Assembly: GCA_001687465.1 (NCBI GenBank)
Contig: LVLI01000874.1
Span: 1-33,683, forward strand
From: Halocafeteria seosinensis
Taxonomy: Eukaryota
Reading direction: 5' to 3'
Length of the DNA: 33,683 bases
Shown here: in pieces, positions 1 to 10,198 of the stretch
How the letters are laid out: every line of letters begins with the position of its first letter
Position numbering within the stretch: the first letter of the stretch is position 1
Notes under the pieces: generated by a model
What the model was told of the DNA's origin: nothing
Seen by the model: the letters and a program-made list of their open reading frames with translations, nothing else
Databases searched by the model: none
Program-made: the position numbers and the translations under genes

Positions 1-746
1 GTAATTCCACGAGATCGTTCTTCGGGAGCTTTATCAATATCTTCGAATTTGAGGGCATTGCAGCCTCCTGTTTCCGACAACACCTTCATAATGGCTGCCG
101 TCAAGGTTGTCTTGCCGTGATCAACATGACCAATCGTTCCAATGTTGCAATGCGGCTTATTGCGCTCAAAGTTCGCAAACGTTCTCCGAGTTGCTGCACC
201 TGCATCCCACAAATAGCCCACAAATCGCCTGTGACCAGTTGTTGCCTTGGATTCCACTACTACTAGAAACCAATCCCTCCAGCAGGGGGAGGCAGTGTCT
301 GTCTCCGGGTGCGTTTCCACGGGGGAAGGCAAGGAGACACTCCCCACCCTGATGTTTTTTGTCCTTCTTGACCCCCCCTTGATAGCCCCCTACATCTCGT
401 CATCGCATTGAATAAAGAACACACAATATATATATCCGCATTGGAAAGAGCAGCACCTATTGGGAGAACAGGAATGCATGAGTCCTTCCCTTCTGGAGAC
501 AGAGAAGGAAGGACCATAGCCACTACACCCCACAGCACAGCACAGCACAGCCATGTATGTAATGTATGTATTATCGTACGTACCAAAGCTAGTTGGAGCC
601 GGTGCATTCACGCTGCTCGACGGCATTCTCACAACAGGGCCATTTCCATTGCCCGAAACGGCTGCCGCTGTCATACATCTTCGGGTAGTTTGGCTCCATA
701 TCGAGGGAACCATGCGCTTCCCCAAAGCCAAGGACGACGAAATCAT
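1..746 (-). CDS. TUFM: Mitochondrial translation elongation factor Tu, 5' part (runs off the window start)
   Basis: Not given as such in the ORF track. Exon 1 746-584 encodes a presequence-like [30 protein letters not shown]...; phase-1 intron 583-200 (GTACGT...TGCAG); exon 2 199-1 reads [67 protein letters not shown], the EF-Tu G1 and effector motifs. Confidence 0.95.
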
Positions 747-767
747 GCTGCTTTTCCTTCGGATCGA

Positions 768-912
768 CCAACCAACCAATCAATCAATCAATCAATGGGA
801 TACATACAAAGGGAACCGAGCCACTGAATATATATTGTATCTCTGTCGGAAAGCATCAATCAATCAATCAATCAATCAATGAATCAAATTGACAATCAAT
901 CAATCAATCAAT
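768..912. repeat. (CAAT)n / (ATCA)n microsatellite blocks in the divergent intergenic region
   Basis: Three runs of caatcaatcaat at about 777-796, 855-880 and 893-912. Confidence 0.9.
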
Positions 913-1111
913 GACAGAGTTCCTTCAGCCCTACCTGGTCGGGTCCAATTCGGGCGCAAGGCGCTCTGGTAAGTAGCCGTGCCACACCCGTACCATGGTG
1001 GGGTTCATTACAGTTGGTCTTGTATGCGTGATTGATACGCTCTCTACGGCGTATGCGTAGTAGTACTGGTAGGAGTATTGTTAGTCTTCGTCGAGGGAGG
1101 GAGCACACACG

Positions 1112-2799
1112 ATGAGTGGTGCAACGAGCGTGCAATCATTGATCCGGTCTCGCAGTTTGCCTGTGCGTACCTTCCAGCCTCTGCCCGGGTTTCTGCGCCC
1201 ATTAGGCAAGTATATTAGGTCCATGGGACAGTACTTGGACTACTGGGGGGTACGACTGCAAGGGCCACACGCCTATGTCGAACGACGTAAGTCACATCGC
1301 GCTTTGCTCTTCATTCGACAGCGTTTTTCTTGGCCCAATTTTTTTTTTCTTTCTCCCGTTATTGTGTATTCATGCGTTCATTAAGCTATGATGGAACGTA
1401 ATGCCATACTGTTTCTGCTACAGTGGTACCGAGTACCCGCGTGGTGCCTGTCCGAGGAAGTGCCGCCGGAAGCCAGGATCCCAGTTCCATGATCCAGATT
1501 GCCGGGGAAGAAGATAGAGCGAGGACCAAGAGGGACGAGGAGGATTACACGGCGGTGTTTATAGCGTCATCGGCGTCCGTCGTAGGGGACACGATCTCTC
1601 TTGCACCGTCCTCATCCGTGTGGTATGGCGCAGTGGTCAGAAGTACGTCGTACGTTTCCTTGCTGCCACCGTTTGGTAGTGTTCACCGGGTCCTTGTGGT
1701 GTTTGGCGATGCAGATGATGCACAAGGGATACAGATAGGGCGCAGTACTTCTGTACTCGAACATGCTATGATCACGACTCAAGAAGGCCAGCCAATGACC
1801 ATTATTGGAAATGATGTCGTCATCTGTAAGTGATCTGTTGATGAAAGAACGAGCCGCCAACATTCGGACCTTATTATATGTATGTATTGTTTGTGTCATT
1901 ATGCAGCCCCTTCGGCGTATCTTTGCTCATGTACGGTAGAGGACGGCGCCATGATTGGCATGGGGGCAAGATTAATGCCGGGATCTCACGTGGGGAAGGA
2001 CGCGTACGTAGATGCTGGCTCGGTGGTCCCAAGTGGAACACGGGTAGAGAGTGGCCAGTTATGGACGGGAAACCCAGCGCGCCATTTACGAAATCTGTCC
2101 GATAATGAAATGGCGTTCTTGCGTACAAATGCACTTCGATACAGTCAGTTGAGTCAGCGCCATCGGGAGGAACAAAATAAGTCTGTAGATGAAATCGAGT
2201 ATGACGAGTTCTTGCAAGAATGGAGAGAATGGATGGCGATGAGCCCTGAAGAACCCCTTCCCGAAATTGATCCTGCAATGGTGCAATACTATACACTAGC
2301 GCGTGCTCAGCCTACCCAGATAGACCAAGGGCTCTTTAGGAAACAAGAATACGATGATAATGAGCTGTTTCAGAGAAAAATCGCCGAAGAAGAAGAAGCG
2401 GATGAGCAGGAAGAAGCCTACTACTCCACCCTCGTCTCATTGGAACGTGTGTATGATGCAGTTAAACGCATCGCTTCCACCCGACCCGACTGGGATCACG
2501 AGCGGGAGCGCATCTTGCGTGAATTAGCAGAGCGCGACGAGCAAGCGACTGACTTTATGCAGGATTTCCTGTCGCGAGCTAAACAGGCTGTAGACGATGC
2601 CGGTAAGGAACAAGAGTTACTCAAGGATTTGCGTGAACTTGATACCAGTAAAGACCCTAGAAGCCGTGGTATTTGGGCGGAAGAGCAGCTTCAGGCCCTT
2701 AAAGAGCATGCGAAGCGTGCTCAGCTAACGGGTGGCTCTACTCATGCTCATTTGAGTTCTTCGATCGTGGGAAACAACGAGCAGAAGGATTATCAGTAG
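1112..2799 (+). CDS. Mitochondrial gamma-carbonic anhydrase-like protein (complex I CA/CAL family, hexapeptide beta-helix) with long acidic C-terminal extension, ~465 aa
   Basis: Exons 1112-1286, 1424-1642, 1715-1825, 1907-2799 (all GT-AG, total 1398 nt, in frame). N-terminal helix GQYLDYWGVRLQGPHAYVERLVPSTR, then VFIASSASVVG, SSVWYGAVVRND, CTVEDGAMIGMGA and GQLWTGNPARHLRNL, typical of the plant/protist gamma-CA family. Confidence 0.88.
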
Positions 2800-2880
2800 A
2801 GCGACGTAGCACATGCCAGTAGTAGATCAGCTTGCGTTTCACTAGCGTTTATTTTGTGCTAGATACGAGTTTTGATGTGA

Positions 2881-5800
2881 TCAAATGCCATACTCCGCTA
2901 CAGTGTTAAGTGAGTACATCTCTTCATGTCCATCATCTTCTTCCTCTATATCTGGTGCCATACTGGCACAATGTTTCATAATTATGGACTGTAGGTCTGA
3001 CGCTGCGCTGTTGTTACTAGATAAACTTAAACAAGCAATACAGTCCTCAAGAGCATTCTCTGGATGACCCTGCAGACACATATAGAACAGTCCAGTAGAC
3101 GTTTTCACCATGTCAGGCCACAGTTTATCAACATACGGATATCAATTTTGTAAGAGCCATTGATAGAAGGATGTCACCTCTGTTCTCAGCAGAATAGCTA
3201 CCAAGCGATAGCGCCTGTTCAAAATATTCAATCGCGGCATGGAAGTGCTCTTTTGCCATGGTAAACTGCTGGTGAAGTTGCCCAGAAGCTCCTTTCGTGT
3301 TGCTAAGTGACCTGACATCTTGCAGGCATTTCACCCCAACTTTCCGATGAGCGTGACCTGTATTGGCGTATGCCACACTCCAGCATTGCCGTTGCGGAAT
3401 CGATAAGTGATCCGTCAGATTCAATGCAAACTTGAAGAGATCTAATGCCTGCTCGTATCTGGAACACCGTAGGCCAACACACCAGGTAGGTTATAACAAA
3501 ATGCCTAGGTGCCCTAGCAGCAACATCTCGTCACTTACTGCTTTCCATTAAAAGCCAGGATCCCGAGTTCATGATAAGATAGAGGATCGCTACTACATAG
3601 ACTTCTACTACCATGGATCATAGTTTCCGCCATGGTGACATGATGCGTCTTGGCAAGCTCCATGCCTAGAAACAAAGATGCAGCGTGATTGGCGGGGAAC
3701 ATGCGAGATGCAGTGCGGTAGGCAGCCAAAGCGGCATCACTTTCGTCGATTGCTGATCGAGCATGTCCCAGGCCAATCCAAGCGTAGGCACAGAGAGGAT
3801 CCAATCGTGTTGCTTTCCTGGGTAATTAAGAATATACACCGGTGAAATGGTGAATGCTCATCAGGCGATGAGTGCGAAGACTGACATACTTGAATTTTTT
3901 TGCAGCCGACGTAGGCTGACCAATTGCCATATAATAACATCCTACACCGTACCACGAGTAGCCTGAAGCCGGTGCGGTCTTAACAGCATCATGAGCAGCT
4001 CTGAACAGTTCTGCTCTGGCAGTTAACGATGGAGCACTCTGCGAGTTGATAGAGTTCAACGAAAGCCGAGCAAGCGCCAAGTTTGTTTCGTTTGCGGGTA
4101 TCTCTCCATGAGAAGCTGAGTTGTTTCCAATTTGTCCATGATTCCAATACCGATTTGCTTCAAGTGGAAATGCAGAATCCATCATGTTGCGATTCGCACT
4201 GTAATTGAAAAACCCTTCGTGGTGCCCATAGCCAGGAGAAGCTACAGCACTTAACGCAGCAAAGTGAATAGGTAGAACCGCTCGATGGAACGGATCGGCA
4301 GACAACACAGTGCGTGTGAGAGTAGCAGCCGCAGCTGGATCATGTTGGTAAAAAGCACATGAGGCTTGTACAGCTAGCTGCGTACGGAAAAATAAATAAA
4401 CAATACAGGTAACCCCCACTCGCAGACGCATAGGTTGTGACTGAATGTGGCCGAATAAATCAACTTACGATATCTGTATTCGTTCGTAATACCTGTGACC
4501 GACCCTTTCCTACCAAAGGCTTTACTAATTCTTCAAACGGTTGGAATAAAGTTGAAATGTTCCGAGAGAGATCATACTGCAGGTAGAAAGTGAACGCATT
4601 GGTCAGTCCTTTCTTGGACTCTCACGCCACAATTTTGCTTACTCTGTTGAACATTGACCTGTACAATTGGGCCACAACTCGACCGCAAATATCACCTAGA
4701 GGGGTGTAGCAGCTAACGGACGTCTGGTCCTGTGTCTTCTGCCGGCTGTCGAATACTTGCTGTTGGGACTGTCTAGAGCTTCTTAACTTTCTCGTCGGTG
4801 GTTCAGACAATAGCGATTCGACACCAGCACTAGCTTCATCGGGAGCCCTGGGAACGTCGTTGTCATTGCTGGATAACAAATATTCGAGGGTACTTCCTAG
4901 AAGCTTCTCTTCATTCGACGTAAGCAAAAAGTGGTCCGTTAGCAATTCGACGGCATCAACAGAGGAAGGGTCAATCAAGGCGGCAGCTATTGCCCACAAT
5001 TTGGCTGCCGTTCCGTCCGCGCTGATTCCGAGAGCCGCGTTTTCCTGCTTTGACCCGGTGTTTTCACCGTTGCCGGCAAGCGCAGTCTTACTAGCAGTAG
5101 CATGCGCAATCAGGTGTGCTTCGGCCCGTATAAGACACAATAATGATACAGTCAAGTCAAAGGGTCCGGCCAGTTCAGTTAATCTCGTGTCCGGTGGATT
5201 TTGCATCCCCTCTGCTATGATACTACAAATTCGAAACCAAGGTAACAATTGTGTAAACTGCTTGTACTCCTCCATTTTCTGATTCTTTCGGGACGAGTCG
5301 TTATGTTCTCCTTCTCCCAAATCACATGCCACTTTCGATAGCACTGGATGCTGGTGCAGCAGTCGAACGTAGTGAGGCGACAGTGCTCGTTTGTCCCCGA
5401 GGCTTCGACTGAATCCGTGGCCCTCCTCATCGTCATGGCCCAAGATTGCCGCTGTTAGCTCCACCACATCATCCCATCGCTCCAGAGCATACAGGCACTG
5501 TGCAGCTAGCAGTGTAAAGGGCAAATAACTCGTCGTCGAATGCCCCACTTGGCCTCTGAAGTTTAACGGGTGCTGAGGCTGCTGGTGTTGCGGCGGCGGA
5601 GGAGGTGGGCGATGCCATTGCTGTTCTTTATAGGGGGTTTTAAGCTCAAAGGATGGTTCAATGAGGTTGTAGGATTCCATAAAGTACAGGGACCGACTGT
5701 ATTGCTGGTCTAAATAATAGGCATTCGCCAGTCGATAGTAGTCCGCCAATTCGTGCTCCGTGTCCTTCTCCTCCTCCACCTGCTCCTGCTCCTGCTCCTG

Positions 5801-5992
5801 GTAGGAAGTGTGTACGCCCTTGCTTTTCTTGGTGGTGGTGGTGGTGGTGGTAGTCGAACAAGAAGATGAAGTAGAGGGTGGTGAATTGGCTGAGGAATGA
5901 GCTAGTGTGACGAGTTTATCGGCGTAGAAAGCACCCATACGGAAGCGTCGAGAGCGCACGAGCTCATCCACTTTCAGTCGTAGACACTCCAT
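2881..5992 (-). CDS. CDC16: Anaphase-promoting complex subunit 6 (TPR protein), ~911 aa with low-complexity insertions
   Basis: Exons 5992-4643, 4576-4469, 4377-3890, 3817-3539, 3458-3137, 3069-2881 (2736 nt, GT-AG). Motifs AFYADKLVTL, SWYGVGCYY, KATRLDP..AWIGLGHA, AYRTASRMFP.NH..SLFLGME, DPLSYHELG and N.GHAHRK match CDC16/Cut9. Confidence 0.88.
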
Positions 5993-6129
5993 TATGCATA
6001 CCCTGTGTTGTGACGTCAAAGAACGAGAAACGTCTGCAACTAGGAACAACACCATATGCGTACACTGCTGTATCATATCAGCTCGTATGCCATACATGTA
6101 TGACTTCACGCACGGTACAACCTTATCGG

Positions 6130-6600
6130 CAGAATTCCAGACGCTAGTCGAACGAGAGATACTTGTAACTGTCTCATTTTATGATTGATATTTGATCATA
6201 TCGATGTATATGACCTCTGTATACAAGGATTTCACCTATAGTTCATTCGTTTGTATAGAATGGTTGGTCGTCCAATTTGGACCAAGTCTCCAAGGTAGCT
6301 GACAGAATTCCAAAAGTTGATTCGTGAGAGTCGAACGAGATATAAATATCCCATTTGATGTTTGATATTTGATCATATCGATGTATATGAACTCTGTGTG
6401 CAAAGATTTGCTATAGTTCATTCGTTTGTATAGAATGCTTGGTCATCCTGGCTCATCCAATTTGGACCGAGTCTCCAAGGTAGCTGCAGCAGAAGTCCAG
6501 ACGCTGATTCGTGAGAGTCGAACGAGAGATAACTATCTCATTTGATGATTGATATTTGATCATGTCGATGTATATGACCTCTGTATACAAGGATTTCACC
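6130..6600. repeat. Tandem repeat, ~173-187-bp unit, about 2.6 copies
   Basis: Units start at 6130, 6303 and 6490 (cagaa(t/g)tcca...gtcgaacgaga...gatatttgatcat.tcgatgtatatga...). The third copy stops at 6600. Confidence 0.92.
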
Positions 6601-6680
6601 GGCGTTGTTTTCGTCGACAATGTTACATACTGTGTTTTCTGGTGGTTCGGCGGCACCCGAGGGTTCCTACGCCTCCCTTC

Positions 6681-7940
6681 ATACGCCGTATTGGGCATTA
6701 CTAAATGCAACCACTTGCGCAGCATTCTGCAGTTGCTCCGCTGCACCGAACAGCTTAGGCGCAATCGAAGATCCCTGACAAACAAGACCGGATCCGTTAC
6801 CCTTAGATTAGACGGTCTATCATACAGCTCCTTCAAAAGGGTGAGCGCCTTTGAGCCCATCCCTCCATAGGTTTGGTAGACGAATGGAATGAAGAGTTTC
6901 TCCGCCTCCCTTGCCAGCTTGAGATATTTGTTGTCCTTCTCTCTCTCTCTCTCTTATCAGCGTGGCATACGTCGGTTTGAGGTGTTGCTGGTGGAGGAGC
7001 GTTGAAGGGTGGGTGACCGTGACCGTCAATCGCGTATATGCCCTCTGGCTGCATAACCTCGATGTCTGATCTTCTCTTTGTGGTTGCGCTTATCGGCTGC
7101 TCCGTTTTGGCGCACATCCCCCAGTACGTGAGTGATCCTGCTATAGAGTCTCTGATGGCGTCGTGCCTGTCCAGCCGGCTACCTGCGAGTTCCCCGTGAG
7201 AGCACGTGTAGGCGTGATTGATTGAGCCATTGGTGTGCCCTGAACAGAGACGGCAGATGTCGGGGATTGGGTGTGGGGTGACGCTTAAACCTAGGCGGAA
7301 GCGCGCCATCATCCTCCATTCCGTGTCCGTGAGTTGTTTCCTGGGGTTTGTGGGGAGTGCTATCAGCCAGTCAGCGGAGCCATCTTGCCGTGCGGCTTGG
7401 AGTCTGGTTTTCATGTCGTTTGGCCCTACCTCAAGCAGGTCCCTGAATTGGCTGTCCATCTTTTGGGTTGCAAAGATTTGTTGTTGCTTCTTGTTTTCGG
7501 TTGGCTTCCGCAGCCACTCTCGTTCTATGTCGATCCTTCCGTTTCTCAGATTCCCTACTAACTCGTTGATTAGTCCCTCCTGCAGTGTGGTGCTACTTTC
7601 CTAGATGGACGCCGTGTAGGCGAGTACTGAGATGTCTGTGGCCGAAATCAGTCCCAAGCCTCCGAATCTGAGGGGCAGCACCGCTTGTTGAAGGGCTAGC
7701 TTAGCGGCCGGGGTGTCGCGCTCCGTGCTGTCTAGTCCCAGCAAAGTGCAAAGTACCATCGTGATGGTTTCGTCGAAGGCACGCGTCGCCACTGGTCTGT
7801 TTTTGTTGGGTACTGTTCGGAGCAGGTAGTTAATCGCGGGGATACAAGTCAACCGCAGGAGCAAGTATCTATATTGAAGCGGGATTGTTTCTTCCGTCAT
7901 TATACGCCGTATTGGGCATTACTAAATGCAACCACTTGCG
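6681..7940. repeat. 39-bp perfect direct repeat flanking the retroelement fragment (6681-6719 and 7902-7940)
   Basis: atacgccgtattgggcattactaaatgcaaccacttgcg occurs at both positions and extends to 44 bp with one mismatch. Confidence 0.95.
6720..7901 (-). mobile_element. 5'-truncated, inactivated non-LTR retrotransposon fragment (CRE-like clade; RT thumb, zinc knuckle, restriction-like endonuclease)
   Basis: Joined frames give PLQYRYLLLR..INYLLRT..AFD..LPLRFGGLGL, WLIALPT, RFRLGL, CRLC..HAYTC, RHDAIRD, RSDI..AIDVTVTHP, K..KY, FIPFVYQTYGGMG and RLSCSVQRSN. In-frame TAG at 7603-7601, a frameshift near 7025 and another in the (CT)n run 6938-6954. Confidence 0.88.
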
Positions 7941-8490
7941 TAGCAACAGAGTCTTGTTCGTTTGTGAAGGCTTTCTGAACGCAGAACGAAACGTATGGTA
8001 ACAACCCAACGACCGGATTGTTTTTCCATTTCATTTCATTCCAATCAAGCCCAAATAACTGCATCCCAAAACTGACGTCTTTGTTTGTGCTGCATCATCA
8101 CAATGTCTGACACGGAACGCACACACCCAAAAGAGACGGCAGACCTTGAACCCAATGAACCACTCATGCAACTTACCTCACTTACAAGATAATACAGACC
8201 CTAACAAGGGTCCATACAGCCTTAAAACAATACACTAAGTATCATGGGATAGCAATAGATTCATGAAAAATGTTTATTATGGATATATAACAAATTTTTG
8301 TATATCACTCCAAATGGCCAGTGGGTAGAGACTTCCCAGTCTCTCCGATTACACTAGGGAGTTTTGTCCCAGCCTGACTTCAATTATTTCAATGCCGCTG
8401 AACTGGTGTTTGACGATGATAAGGGCTTGGAGAATACACCTGTCTCCAACACGAACACGATGCACTGAAAATGCAGCGGCCAGATCTTTT

Positions 8491-9468
8491 TTACGCTTCT
8501 TCACGTTTTCTTGGTAGCTTAGCATTAGAACGTCCCTCTTGTCTCTTAGCGCTCAGGATTTTCTGATGCTCTGTTACTGGCATTTCCTGAAGCTCCATTT
8601 TCTCTGTAATGGAAGGGTACTGTGTTTTCCAGTATTCCCGAAAGACCTGCTCGGATAAAACGAGACGATCATTGCCTCCGAGGGCAAATACTTGTATGTG
8701 ACAGAGGGTGACGAGTTTTTTCAAAAAATACACGGGTTCTTCTACCAATAAAAACGAAACATTTTCTTTCTGATTGATGTCAAACAGAATCACTCTCTCG
8801 TGATTACAAACTTGCTCGTATAGATTGTTGATTTCCTCGTGGGTGTACAGGTCATTCAACTCGCGAGCGACCGATTCGAAGTTTTGATTCCAGGATTCAT
8901 GATCCAGAATCATATTTCCATGAGCTCTTAGATTTCGCAGCATCCTGATACGAGTCGGCTCCTTAGCAACAGAGAAGGAAAAGAATCCATTCTTTACAAT
9001 TACCAATAAAATAAAGCCGAGTGCAGCCCGAGTTTCATCCGGAAGTTTGCTTACGAGAGAAATGACATCAACGTAGTGCGTTAACACTTGGCGAAACAAG
9101 GGGCTGGGATCGTTGGCACTTGCTGAAGAATCTTTATCCGTCGTAACACTAGCCTTATACTGCGCGTACGTTTCCGACATCTCTATTGCTAACTGTAGAA
9201 TTCCCCTTTTGTGGTCGGGTTCACTATTTAACTTGCCGACACGGTTAACCATTTCCTTCAATAGGGCTGTACGACTCCCTCCGTTCTGTAATTTGTCATC
9301 AAACCATGCTTTTATCTTATTGGCGTCCTTGGTCTCGACGGCACAAAACTGCGGATCAATTTCCATGCCATAATTCTCGGCGAAATCGATGAATTCTTTC
9401 ACAATTTCTTGTATGAGACGTTTTCCGTCTTCTTGCTGCAAATAGGATACCCTATGTTCAGAACCCAT
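8491..9468 (-). CDS. Hypothetical protein, 325 aa, predicted mostly helical
   Basis: Uninterrupted 978-nt ORF with protein-like composition; no family recognised. Confidence 0.6.
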   Translation of the reverse strand: MGSEHRVSYLQQEDGKRLIQEIVKEFIDFAENYGMEIDPQFCAVETKDANKIKAWFDDKLQNGGSRTALLKEMVNRVGKLNSEPDHKRGILQLAIEMSETYAQYKASVTTDKDSSASANDPSPLFRQVLTHYVDVISLVSKLPDETRAALGFILLVIVKNGFFSFSVAKEPTRIRMLRNLRAHGNMILDHESWNQNFESVARELNDLYTHEEINNLYEQVCNHERVILFDINQKENVSFLLVEEPVYFLKKLVTLCHIQVFALGGNDRLVLSEQVFREYWKTQYPSITEKMELQEMPVTEHQKILSAKRQEGRSNAKLPRKREEA

Positions 9469-10198
9469 TGTTCAGATGTCTGCACCAATACCGAACCGAA
9501 CACCCGTTTCATTGTAGGTTATTCGCACAACAGAATTATACTGCAGAGTACTGTAGGATGTTGGAGCTTTCTTTTTCTTTTATTTACACACACACAAATG
9601 TGACAGATAGCCCACCGGCCGGGAAGTTGACCACATCCTCTTAACGAGGAGCGGTATTTTATCCGCCACACCGCCTATCAACAGTTGGTGGCGGGCCACT
9701 GGTCAAGTTTGTAGACGAGAAGAACGATGAAAGAGGAAATGTGCGTAAGAAAGATATGGTAAAGCACCTGAATGAGGTTTTCCCAGGTGATCATGTCACA
9801 AAGAGGGACTTGGCGGCGATTTGGGGTGTCCAGATATAGGTGCTGTGTTATACATGGATGTGTACGAAGGACTATTGCTATATGGTTCAATTTTCGCGTT
9901 GTCGGAACTGTGAGTTTAGACTTTCAATCCCCACAAAGTTTCAAATCGAGTCCACAATTCTTCGAAAAAGCCAATCAATGACTAGCATCATCATGATTCA
10001 TGCCATCATGCATTGCCATGATGCTAGTCGAACTTCAACTTCAACTTTTGCCGACAGCCTGCCGTTTATGCCTCGTTTGTTGCTTTCCATGTCATACGAT
10101 TGAATGGTAGAGGGTTACGTTGTGCATGATAAATAGTAGGAGTGTCTGATCTGTGTCTGTGACTTGTTTCGGTATTTCGGGGTGGTGGATTATAGAGA

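Noticed and set aside
5993..6109. N-terminal extension of CDC16 given by the ORF track
   Set aside because: Family similarity begins at MECLR (5992); the upstream in-frame stretch shows no support.
6130..6600. CRISPR-like array
   Set aside because: Units are ~180 bp and similar along their whole length, with no unique spacers and no cas genes; the context is eukaryotic.
7601..7603. TAG readthrough or alternative genetic code in the retroelement ORF
   Set aside because: Host genes end in TAA, TAG and TGA normally, and the same element has two frameshifts, so it is simply decayed.
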